Assembly: GCA_964016885.1 (NCBI GenBank)
Contig: OZ024766.1
Location: 16,244,001 to 16,308,000, forward strand
DNA: 64,000 nucleotides
Direction: 5' to 3'
DNA from: Eledone cirrhosa
Lineage: Eukaryota
Made by a program: the position numbers and the translations under genes. Under the pieces are notes generated by a model. That model had not been told where the DNA came from. It did not search any database and saw only the letters and a list, made by a program, of their open reading frames with translations. This document shows, one piece after another, positions 38,897-51,590 of the stretch. How positions within the stretch are numbered: position 1 is the stretch's first letter; every line of letters starts with the position of its first letter.

Positions 38897-41800
38897 CTGT
38901 CTTATTTAACTGGCTACTCCAGTGACTGCTCCTTCTAGTCCCTTCTTCCAATGTCAGTTGTCATACAGGTGTCCATGGCTGTCTTATTTAACTGGCTACT
39001 CCAGTGACTGCTCCTTCTAGTCCCTTCTTCCAATGTTAGTTGTCATACAGATGCCCATGGCTGTCTTATTTAACTGGCCACTCCAGTGACTGCTCCTTCT
39101 AGTCTCTTCTTCCAATGTCAGTTGTCATACAGGTGTCCATGGCTGTCTTACTTAACTGGCTACTCCAGTGACTGCTCCTTCTAGTCTCTTCTTCCAATGT
39201 CAGTTGTCATACAGGTGTCCATGGCTGTCTTATTTAACTGGCCACTCCAGTAACTGCTCCTTCTAGTCTCTTCTTCCAATGTCAGTTGTCATACAGGTGT
39301 CCATGGCTGTCTTACTTAACTGGCTACTCCAGTGACTGCTCCTTCTAGTCTCTTCTTCCAATGTCAGTTGTCATACAGATGCCCATGGCTGTCTTATTTA
39401 ACTGGCCACTCCAGTGACTGCTCCTTCTAGTCTCTTCTTCCAATGTCAGTTGTCATACAGGTGTCCATGGCTGTCTTACTTAACTGGCTACTCCAGTGAC
39501 TGCTCCTTCTAGTCTCTTCTTCCAATGTCAGTTGTCATACAGGTGTCCATGGCTGTCTTATTTAACTGGCTACTCCAGTAACTGTTCCTTCTAGTCTCTT
39601 CTTCCAATGTCAGTTGTCATACAGGTGTCCATGGCTGTCTTATTTAACTGGCCACTCCAGTGACTGCTCCCTCTAGTCCCTTCTTCCAATGTCAGTTGTC
39701 ATACAGGAGTCCATGGCTGTCTTATTTAACTGGCTACTCCAGTGACTGCTCCTTCTAGTCCCTTCTTCCAATGTCAGTTGTCATACAGGAGTCCATGGCT
39801 GACTTATTTAACTAGCTACTCCAGTGACTGCTCCTTCTAGTCCCTTCCTCCAATGTCAGTTGTCATACAGGTGTCCATGGCTGTCTTATTTAACTGGCTA
39901 CTCCAGTGACTGCTCCCTCTAGTCCCTTCTTCCAATGTCAGTTGTCATACAGGTGTCCATGGCTGTCTTATTTAACTGTCCACTCCAGTGACTGCTCCTT
40001 CTAGTCTCTCTTTCCAATGTCAGTTGTCATACAGGAGTCCATGGCTGTCTTATTTAACTGGCTACTCCAGTGACTGCTCCTTCTAGTCCATTCTTCCAAT
40101 GTCAGTTGTCATACAGGAGTCCATGGCTGTCTTATTTAACTGGCTACTCCCGTGACTGCTCCTTGTAGTCTCTTCTTCCAATGTCAGTTGTCATACAGGA
40201 GTCCATGGCTGTCTTATTTAACTGGCTACTCTAGTGACTGCTCCTAGTCTCTTCCAATGTCAGTTGTCATACAGGTGTCCATGGCTGTCTTATTTAACTG
40301 GCTACTCCAGTGACTGCTCCTTCTAGTCCCTTCTTCCAATGTTAGTTGTCATACAGGTGCCCATGGCTGTCTTATTTAACTGGCCACTCCAGTGACTGCT
40401 CCTTCTAGTCTCTTCTTCCAATGTCAGTTGTCATACAGGTGTCCATGGCTGTCTTATTTAACTGGCTACTCCAGTGACTGCTCCTTCTAGTCCCTTCTTC
40501 CAATGTCAGTTGTCATACAGGTGTCCATGGCTGTCTTATTTAACTGGCTACTCCAGTGACTGCTCCTTCTAGTCCCTTCTTCCAATGTTAGTTGTCATAC
40601 AGGTGCCCATGGCTGTCTTATTTAACTGGCCACTCCAGTGACTGCTCCTTCTAGTCTCTTCTTCCAATGTCAGTTGTCATACAGGTGTCCATGGCTGTCT
40701 TACTTAACTGGCTACTCCAGTGACTGCTCCTTCTAGTCTCTTCTTCCAATGTCAGTTGTCATACAGGTGTCCATGGCTGTCTTATTTAACTGGCTTCTCC
40801 AGTGACTGCTCCTTCTAGTCTCTTCTTCCAATGTCAGTTGTCATACAGGTGTCCATGGCTGTCTTATTTAACTGGCCACTCCAGTGACTGCTCCCTCTAG
40901 TCCCTTCTTCCAATGTCAGTTGTCATCCAGGAGTCCATGGCTGTCTTATTTAACTGGCTACTCCAGTGACTGCTCCTTCTAGTCCCTTCTTCCAATGTCA
41001 GTTGTCATACAGGAGTCCATGGATGTCTTACTTAACTGGCTACTCCAGTGACTGCTCCTTCTAGTCTCTTCTTCCAATGTCAGTTGTCATACAGAAGTCC
41101 ATGGCTGTCTTATTTACCTGGCTACTCCAGTGACTGCTCCCGCTAGTCCCTTCTTCCAATGTCAATTGTCATACAGGTGTCCATGGCTGTCTTATTTAAC
41201 TGGCTACTCCAGTGTCTGCTCCTTCTAGTCCCTTCTTCCAATGTCAGTTGTCATACAGGTGTCCATGGCTGTCTTATTTAACTGGCTACTCCAGTGACTG
41301 CTCCTTCTAGTCCCTTCTTCCAATGTCAGTTGTCATACAGGTGTCCATGGCTGTCTTATTTAACTGTCCACTCCAGTGACTGCTCCTTCTAGTCTCTCTT
41401 TCCAATGTCAGTTGTCATACAGGAGTCCATGGCTGTCTTATTTAACTGGCTACTCCAGTGACTGCTCCTTCTAGTCCCTTCTTCCAATGTCAGTTGTCAT
41501 ACAGGAGTCCATGGCTGTCTTATTTACCTGGCTACTCCACTGACTGCTCCTTGTAGTCCCTTCTTCCAATGTCAGTTGTCATACAGGTGTCCATGGCTGT
41601 CTTATTTAACTGGCTACTCCCGTGACTGCTCCTTGTAGTCTCTTCTTCCAATGTCAGTTGTCATACAGGAGTCCATGGCTGTCTTATTGAACTGGCTACT
41701 CTAGTGACTGCTCCTAGTCTCTTCCAATGTCAGTTGTCATACAGGTGTCCATGGCTGTCTTATATAACTAGCTACTCCAGTGATTGCTCTTTCTAGTCTA

Positions 41801-42325
41801 TTCTTCCAATGTCAGTTGTCATACAGGAGTCCATGGCTGTCTTATATAACTGGCTACTCCAGTGACTGTTCCTTCTAGTCTCTTCTTCCAATGTCAGTTG
41901 TCATACAGGAGTCCATGGCTGTCTTATTTAACTGGCTACTCCAGTGACTGTTCCTTCTAGTCCCTTCTTCCAATGTCAGTTGTCATACAGGTGTCCATGG
42001 CTGTCTTATTTAATTGGCCACTCCTGTGACTGCTCCTTCTAGTCCCTTCTTCCAATGTCAGTTGTCATACAGGAGTCCATGGCTGTATTATATAACTGGC
42101 TACTCCAGTGACTGTTCCTTCTAGTCTCTTCTTCCAATGTCAGTTGTCATACAGGAGTCCATGGCTGTCTTATATAACTGGCTACTCCAGTGACTGTTCC
42201 TTCTAGTCTCTTCTTCCAATGTCAGTTGTCATACAGGAGTCCATGGCTGTCTTATTTAACTGGCTACTCCAGTGACTGCCCCTTCTTGTCTCTTCTTCCA
42301 ATGTCAATTGCCATGCAGGAGTTGA
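38897..42325. repeat. 82-bp minisatellite, ~42 copies
   Basis: ccatgg recurs every 82 bp (38973, 39055, ...) over ~3.4 kb. Confidence 0.96.
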
Positions 42326-45300
42326 TGTTCTTTAGATGCTTCTCGGTATGTGCTGCACTCTCCCTCCAAATCACCTGAGATCCTCAAATGACGTTGGTCC
42401 TTGAACAATATGCAGAAGTGGCTGTAAATAAAAACTCTCTCTGTTGTTGGGGTGGTCATTGTAAACATGCCCAATAGCATCACTTGCCTTGACTTCATCA
42501 CCTTCCACTAAATGACCCTGCTTCCTTTGATTCCAAGTCTTACAATTGGTCCATGTGTAGTATTTTGGGATGTCAGCATATAGGAGGGATCGAACAATTT
42601 CTTTATTCTGGCAGTGTTTCAAAAAAGCAGTTAGAGTAGTGTCAGGTGGTGCTGGTGTCAACTGATGAGCAGTGGTTTCAGTGAAGTACACACTCTGTCC
42701 ATTTTCTATATGTATAGAGATAAGGATGAAAAGCAAAGTTAATCCCTCAGAGGTTAGCTTTGCCTTTCATCCCTACGGGGTCGGTAAAATAAAGTACCAG
42801 TAATGTACTAGGGTATTGCTGGCCTTGTGCCTAATGTAGAAACAATTATTACGGGGTCGATAAAATAAAGTACCAGTAATTCACTGGGGTATTTACTGGC
42901 CTTGTGCCTAAAGTAGAAACAATTATTACGGGGTTGATAAAATAAAGTACCAGTAATACACTGGTGGAATTGCTGGCCTTGTGCCAAAATTAGAAACAAT
43001 TATCACATTTCTTTTTAATAAATCACATCACTATAGAATTAAATACGACTGGAAATGTCTGTGAAGGTACTAAATTATGTCAGGGACTTGTCACGTTTGA
43101 CACCGTACGAGAGTCGAAACATTCGCTAAGACACCGAGTACCTGCTGTCTTCGTTATAACTTTAATTAATCTAATTATATCTTGTGTAACAATTATATAT
43201 ATATACACACACACAATTTTAATACCCCGACACCAGTCTTACACTGTCATATCTATTCTTACTTTACAATTGTGTCTACTAAGAGTTCCATTACAATCTA
43301 TAGTAGTAAAACTACTATTTCACCAGAACATCTGCTCTCAGTCATTTATAGACAATATATATATATTTTAGACCACATATCAACCTAATATATATATTTC
43401 CTATCAAATCTGTAGCTAAAGACATAAAGTCAGCCTCACTACTTCATTCTGACAAGATATCAATTTATGACTAAAGATGAAGAAGATACACCAACGTTAA
43501 TGTCGTGAAATAAAGCTGATAACATTGAAACTTCTAATTTGATAACAAAGAGATTATTTCTTTGGTTGTTTAGTAACAACTAACAACACAATACCTTGAT
43601 TATATGTGAAGGAGGTAAGTTGACAAAGATTTACTTAATCTCTATATTAATGTGTGTAAATAATATAATTATGTGACCCCTACAACGACCAGTAATTAAC
43701 CAGATTCCACTGTTACATGTGATATAAAATATATTGTTATCATGACTGTCTTTATTATCTAAATTACCTCCGTCTATTTAATTATCTTGTTCACTACCTT
43801 ACATTATAAAATATAGTTTATATTTAGCTGTACCTTCTTATTGCTTTAAGTAAGTTAAGGATATATTTATTATTTAAATTACCTCCGTCTATTTAATTAT
43901 CTTGTTCACTACCTTACATTATAAAATATAGTTTATATTTAGCTGTACCTTGTCATTGCTTTAAGTAAATTAAAGATATATTTATTATTTAAATTACCTC
44001 CGTCTATTTAATTATGTGGTTCACTACCTTACATTATAAAATATAGTTTATATTTAGCTGTACCTTGTTGTTGCTTTAAGTAAATTAATATTTTGTGGAT
44101 TTTAGTCTAAACCTCTTACAATTTAATTAACTTCATCTACTTATGGTTGAACATTACTTTATTGTGGGTTTCATTTCATTATAATTATGTCTGAGTTAGC
44201 CAGCCAAGTAGGGGTTGAGTATCTGTATTTCAGGGCACTGCTTTGATGGTGAAGGGACATCTGTTGGTGTGGGATCTCGGTGGCTGTACATACTAAGGTT
44301 CTAATACTCTAAAGAGCTAGCTGAATAACCGTCTGATACATGTCTTGTATACAGGATCATAAAGCCATGTATAGAAGAGCAGTCAGCAATGTCAGGATTA
44401 ACATTCATTATAGTGAAGTGGCAGTATCGGTAGAGAGTCGGACACCATGCTTTGAGGCACAGAGTTACGTCCCTTTGTGATCTGAGTTCACATCCAGCCG
44501 AGGTTAACTTTGCCTTACATCCATACAGGGTCGATAAAATAAAGTACCAGTAATGTACTGGTTAATTGCTGGCCTTGTGTTTAAAATAGAAACAATTATA
44601 GTGAATAATTTGGAGTGTAGTCTGGTGTCCACCAGGGCTCTGTTCTTAGCCCTCACTTAGTTATTATCGTCCTGCAGCCTATAACAGAGATGTTTAAGAC
44701 TGGCTGCCCATGGGCACTCCTGTATGCTCAGCAGGTCCTGAAGAATGCGATCATGTGCATTTTCAAGGTCTATAAAACGATAATATATACCTCTTAGCAA
44801 TACTCCCACGATTTCTCAAAGACCTGCCACAGTGTGAATATTTGGTGGGTTATGTTGCACCCAGGGAGAAAACAGCACTGTCCATCAGCTAGCTTCGACT
44901 CGCTACATCACTTTGCCAGAAACTTAGCATATACTTTACCAGGGAGGCTTAACAAGGTGATCCCTCTCTATTTGGAACAATCTCTCGTGTCTACCTTTTT
45001 ATAAATTGGGATTATTACTCCCGAGTGCCATTTCAGAGACCCAGGCTACCTGACACACATGAGTCGGTCACATTTGAGCTCTTTAATTGCTCTTGTGACC
45101 TCAGCCTCCGAGAGATTAGTCACCGCTATCAGATTCACCTCATGTACATCCGAAGATGCTGTTGTGATCGGGTTTGGGAGATCAGCAAAGTATTCTCTCC
45201 ACCTCATGAGGATCCATCTCTCTGAAGAGAAGAGAACCCCAGATGCACTCATGGTTGCAGGTGCGGAGGAAGAATTCTTGTAACTAATTAAAAACTAAAA

Positions 45301-45787
45301 TAATTTGATTTTTCAATAAAAAGTTTCCAGGGTTTATAGATGTAAAATTTCCACTGTTAAATCTATCTCTGCTTCTTAAGTATTCTCTATTATCTCATAC
45401 TGTTTCTTTTTCATTTCAGAATATCAGATGACATTGGGATAAATTATTATTTTCAATCTTGGATACATCACCTCTATTTATCATCATTTGAAGAGTAAAA
45501 CTTTTTAAACAGAACTTATATAACACTGTTTATACAAATCTATCATATATTTCCTCAGAACTGAGTTTAAAGCCAAAATTTCTTTTCTTCACTGTGTGGT
45601 GTATATATGAGATATATATTTTGTATTTTAACTCAGCTTCAATGACAAAGAAGTTTGCATCATCTTCAGGTATTAACTGAGATCATAATTGAGCGAAATA
45701 TAACAGAAGAAATATTTTTTAGGAATATAATATAAAAAATATTAAAGAATAACATCTGTAAATTCTGCCAAGGGAAGAAGAATTATT

Positions 45788-47065
45788 ATGGAAAATAAAT
45801 TGAGTGAAAAGAAGATTAAATGTGAAACAATGACTAAAGATATGGCTATTACAGAAGAGATGTCAAAGGATAGAGGAGAGAAGCCATATCACTGTGATGT
45901 GTGTGGTAAATCATTCTCTCAAAGTAGTACCTTAACTAGACACAAACGTACACATACGGGAGAGAAGCCATACCACTGTGATATCTGTGGTAAATCATTC
46001 TCTCATAGTAGTAATTTAACTAGCCACATGCGTATACATACAGGTGACGAACCACATCACTGTGATATCTGTGGTAAATCATTCTCTCGAAGTATTATAT
46101 TAACTAGCCACATGCGTATACATACAGGTGACAAGCCATATCACTGTGATATCTGTGGTAAATCATTCTCTCATAGTAGTAATTTAACTAGCCACATGCG
46201 TATACATACAGGTGACAAGCCATATCACTGTGATATCTGTGGTAAATCATTCTCTCGAAGTATTATATTAACTAGCCACATGCGTATACATACAGGTGAC
46301 AAGCCATATCACTGTGATATCTGTGGTAAATCATTCTCTGAAAGTGGTCACTTAACTAGCCACAAACGTACACATACAAGAGAGAAGCCATATCACTGTG
46401 ATATCTGTGGTAAATCATTTTCTCAGAGTAATGCCTTAACTAGACACAAACGTATACATACAGGAGACACGCCATATCACTGTGATATCTGTGGTAAATC
46501 ATTCTCTGAAAGTGGTAACTTAACTAGCCACAAACGTATACATCCGGGAGACAAGCCGTTTCACTGTGATATCTGTGGTAAATCATTCTCTGATAGTAGT
46601 ACATTAACTAGACACAAACGTACACATACAGGAGAGAAGCCATATCACTGTGATATCTGTGGTAAATCATTCTCTGAAAGTAGTACCTTAACTAGCCACA
46701 AACGTATCCATACAGGTGAGAAGCCATACCACTGTGATATCTGTGGTAAATCGTTCTCTCAAAGTAGTCACTTAACTAAACACATACGTATCCATACAGG
46801 AGACACGCCATATCACTGTGATATCTGTGGTAAATCATTCTCTCAAAGTAGTAACTTAACTAGCCACAAACTTATACATACAGGAGACAAGCCATACCAC
46901 TGTGATATCTGTGGTAAATCATTCTCTCAAAGTAGTCCCTTAACTCAACACTTACGTATCCATACAGGTGAGAAGCCACATCACTGTGATATCTGTGGTA
47001 AATCATTCTCTCAATTAAGTTATTTAACTAAACACAAATTTACCCATACAGGTAAGAAACCATAA
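45788..47065 (+). CDS. C2H2 zinc-finger protein, 14 fingers
   Basis: 425-aa ORF of tandem C2H2 repeats. Confidence 0.95.
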   Translation: MENKLSEKKIKCETMTKDMAITEEMSKDRGEKPYHCDVCGKSFSQSSTLTRHKRTHTGEKPYHCDICGKSFSHSSNLTSHMRIHTGDEPHHCDICGKSFSRSIILTSHMRIHTGDKPYHCDICGKSFSHSSNLTSHMRIHTGDKPYHCDICGKSFSRSIILTSHMRIHTGDKPYHCDICGKSFSESGHLTSHKRTHTREKPYHCDICGKSFSQSNALTRHKRIHTGDTPYHCDICGKSFSESGNLTSHKRIHPGDKPFHCDICGKSFSDSSTLTRHKRTHTGEKPYHCDICGKSFSESSTLTSHKRIHTGEKPYHCDICGKSFSQSSHLTKHIRIHTGDTPYHCDICGKSFSQSSNLTSHKLIHTGDKPYHCDICGKSFSQSSPLTQHLRIHTGEKPHHCDICGKSFSQLSYLTKHKFTHTGKKP

Positions 47066-49049
47066 CAAAGTCATATCTCATTGTCTCAAAATTGTAAATT
47101 AATTAGACACAAATACATTCATATGAGTGAGAAGCCATACCACTGTGATATTGTGGAGAAATTATTCTCTTGTATTGCTACATTAACTACATACAAACAT
47201 AAATATATACTGGAGAAAAGCCATATCACTGTGATATCTGTGGGAAATTGTTATCTATAAAAGCTAGCTTAACTAGACACAAACATATATATACAGGAGA
47301 GAAACTATATCACTGTGATATCTGTGGGAAATCATTCTCTGAAATAAGTCACTTCACTCAGCACTAACATTTACAGAAAAGGAACCATATCACTGTGATA
47401 TCTGCAGTAAATCATTCTCTAAATGTTGTGACTTCACTAGACACTAACATATACAGGAGATGAACTATATCACTGTGATGTCTGTGGTAAATCATTTTCT
47501 AAATGTTCTGGTACCAACATAAGGTTACTTAATGTAACACAGACACAATCAGACAAGATAAAAACCATGTCACTCACCCAAAATAGTGCCACCAATGTTG
47601 TTAATGTCTTGAATAAAACTTGTTTGTTCTGAAATTATTCTCCTTTCATTTTATTTGTAGAAGTTGTAACCAAGACTTGTGCTGACAAATCTATATGGTA
47701 CAGAATTTACAAACACTGTATATATATATATGTGCCAAAACATCTATGATCTCGGTTTACAGCTGATGAAGGGTTTCTTCTCTCCTTTCATCCATATTAC
47801 CATCTTAAACTTTGTTTACAGTAACCACACAGCTCCTTTCGTTTCTTATAATTTTATATATATATGACAAAGTAAGTGTGGTAAAGAACCAGATGGACCA
47901 TATACGCACCAGAGTACTCGATACTTAGGGTAGTAGAGCGGGTAATAGGAAAATGTTTAACCCCGACGGCAGAGCTCAGTCCGTTTCGACGGCTATTTCT
48001 GGAAACAGTCCAGAAATAACCGTCAAAATGGCTTGAGCTCTGCCGTCGGGGTTAAACATTTTCCTATATATATATATATATATATATATGTATGAGTGTA
48101 TATGTCAGTGTGTAGAAGTTTCTGACCATGAAAATGATTATCTGTATTTGTGTATATGTGTGTGTGTATATATGTATGTGTATGTTTATATGTGTTCTTA
48201 TATACATGTGTGCACATCTTGATATATTTTCAGTGTCTGTTCTAGTTCTCAGAGTACAAATCCCACTGAGGTAAATTTGCTTCGATATTTTGAGGCCAAT
48301 AAATGAAATACCAGTGAAATACTGGGGTGGTTAATTACTCTTCTTTGTCATTGTCTGTTTGTCTACTCTTCTCTTTCTCTGTATTTATATATATATATCC
48401 AAAATTAAGATAAATTAAAATAAAATTAATGTAAATCAAATTATGGGAGTCATGCCAGAAAGACATGTGACATATCACCCGTAAAATAAGCTCCATGGAG
48501 CTTATTTTATGGGTGATATGGCGCATGTCTTTCTGGCATGCCACCCATAATTTGATATAGATTAATTTTATTTTAATTTATCTTAATTTTGGATATATAT
48601 ATATATAAATAGGGCCTCTTAATTGTAGAGCTAACTCTGTTGAAAGAACCTGACTGCTGTTTCTAGTTGTCAATAACCCAATTCACGCCACTGGGACGAA
48701 GCTGGTATGATGTGTGTATATTTAGTAGATACAGCACGTGTTACTGGTCAGTCGCTGATTTGAACTTGATGCGTAAACACAGATGGTTGGACTTCTTCCT
48801 TGTTGAGAATCCAAGATCTGGCTACTGTCGTTTACCAATCGATTAATTGGTGAAATATATTTCTTTAATGGAATATATACAAGGAAGATTAATCGTTTTC
48901 TAAGGTATCTATTTTTGAAGTTCTAGTTAAACTTTATTTAGTTACCTACCTAGCTATGTGTGCTTACACACATTTACAAATTATCCCCTGTGATTGTTTC
49001 ATATGTTTATTTATATGTCAATCAATTTCTAGTTGATATATATATATAT

Positions 49050-51590
49050 CCATGGCTGTCTTATTTAACTGACTACTCCAGTGACTGCTCCTTCTAGTCT
49101 CTTCTTCCAATGTCAGTTGTCATACAGGTGTCCATGGCTGTCTTATTTAACTAGCTACTCCAGTGACTGCTCCTTCTAGTCCCTTCTTCCAATGTCAGTT
49201 GTCATACAGGTGTCCATGGCCATATTATTTAACTGGCTACTCCAGTGACTGCTCCTTCTAGTCTCTTCTTCCAATGTCAGTTGTCATACAGGAGTCCATG
49301 GCTGTCTTATTTAACTGGCTACTCCAGTGACTGCTCCTTCTAATCCCTTCTTCCAATGTCAGTTGTCATACAGGTGTGCATGGCTGTCTTATAAAACTAG
49401 CTACTCCAGTGACTGCTCCTTCTAGTCCATTCTTCCAATGTCAGTTGTCATACAGGTGTCCATGTCTGACTTATTTAACTGGCTACTCCAGTGACTGCTC
49501 CTTCTAGTCCCTTCTTCCAATGTCAGTTGTCATACAGGAGTCCATGGCTGTCTTATTTAACTGGCTACTCCAGTGATTGCTCCTTCTAATCCCTTCTTCC
49601 AATGTCAGTTGTCATACAGGTGTGCATGGCTGTCTTATAAAACTAGCTACTCCAGTGACTGCTCCTTCTAGTCCATTCTTCCAATGTCAGTTGTCATACA
49701 GGTGTCCATGGCTGTCTTATTTAACTGGCTACTCCAGTGACTGCTCCTTCTGGTCCCTTCTTCCAATGTCAGTTGTCATACAGGAGTCCATGGCTGTCTT
49801 ATTTAACTGGCTACTCCAGTGATTGCTCTTTCTAGTCTCTTCTTCCAATGTCAGTTGTCATACAGTTGTCCATGGCTGTCTTATTTAACTGGCTACTCCA
49901 GTGATTGCTCTTTCTAGTCTCTTCTTCCAATGTCAGTTGTCATACAGGTGTCCATGGCTGTCTTATTTAACTAGCTACTCCAGTGACTGCTCCTTCTAGT
50001 CCCTTCTTCCAATGTCAGTTGTCATACAGGTGTCCGTGGCCATATTATTTAACTGGCTACTCCAGTGTCTGCTCCTTCTAGTCCCTTCTTCCAATGTCAG
50101 TTGTCATACAGGTGTCCATGGCTGTCTTATTTAACTAGCTACTCCAGTGACTGCTCCTTCTAGTCTCTTCTTCCAATGTCAGTTGTCATACAGGTGTCCA
50201 TGACTGTCTTATTTAACTGGCTACTCCAGTGACTGCTCCTTCTAGTCCCTTCTTCCAATGTCAGTTGTCATACAGGTGTCCATGGCTGTCTTATTTAACT
50301 GTCCACTCCAGTGACAGCTCCTTCTAGTCTCTCTTTCCAATGTCAGTTGTCATACAGGAGTCCATGGCTGTCTTATTTAACTGGCTACTCCAGTGACTGC
50401 TCCTTCTAGTCTCTCTTTCCAATGTCAGTTGTCATACAGGAGTCCATGGCTGTCTTATTTAATTGGCCACTCCAGTGACTGCTCCCTCTAGTCCCTTCTT
50501 CCAATGTCAGTTGTCATACAGGAGTCCATGGCTGTCTTATTTAACTGGCCACTCCAGTGACTGCTCCTTCTAGTCTCTCTTTCCAATGTCAGTTGTCATA
50601 CAGGAGTCCATGGCTGTCTTATTTAACTGGCTACTCCAGTGACTGCTCCTTCCAGTCTCTTCTTCCAATGTTAGTTGTCATACAGGTGTCCATGGCTGTC
50701 TTATTTAATTGGCCACTCCAGTGACTGCTCCCTCTAGTCCCTTCTTCCAATGTCAGTTGTCATACAGGAGTCCATGGCTGTCTTATTTAACTGGCTACTC
50801 CAGTGACTGCTCCTTCTAGTCCCTTCTTCCAATCTCAGTTGTCATACAGAAGTCCATGGCTGTCTTATTTAACTGGCTACTCCAGTGACTGCTCCTTCTA
50901 GTCCCTTATTCCAATATCAGTTGTCATATAGGTGTCCATGGCTGTTATTTAACTGGCTACTCCAGTGACTGCTCCTTCTAGTCCCTTCTTCCAATGTTAG
51001 TTGTCATACAGGTGTCCATGACTGTCTTATTTAACTGGCTACTCCAGTGACTGCTCCCTCTAGTCTCTCTTTCCAATGTCAGTTGTCATACAGGAGTCCA
51101 TGGCTGTCTTATTTAACTGGCTATTCCAGTGACTGCTCCTTCTAGTCCCTTCTTCCAATGTCAGTTGTCATACAGGTGTCCATGGCTGTCTTATTTAGCT
51201 GGCTACTCCAGTGACTGCTCCTTCTAGTCCCTTCTTCGAATGTTAGTTGTCATACAGGAGTCCATGACTGTCTTATTTAAATGGCTACTCCAGTGACTGC
51301 TCCTTCTAGTCCCTTCTGCCAATGTCAGTTGTCATACAGAAGTCCATGGCTGTCTTATTTAAATGGCTACTCCAGTGACTGCTCCTTCTAGTCTCTTCTT
51401 CCAATCGCAGTTGTCATACAGAAGTCCATGGCTGTCTTATTTAACTGGCTACTCCAGTGACTGCTCCTTCTAGTCCCTTCTTCCAATGTCAGTTGTCATA
51501 CAGGAGTCCATGGCTGTCTTATTTAACTGGCTACTCCAGTGACTGCCCCTTCTAGTCTCTTCTTCCAATATCAATTGCCATGCAGAATTT
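49050..51590. repeat. 82-bp minisatellite, ~31 copies
   Basis: Same unit, joined directly to the (TA)n tract by a deletion. Confidence 0.95.
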
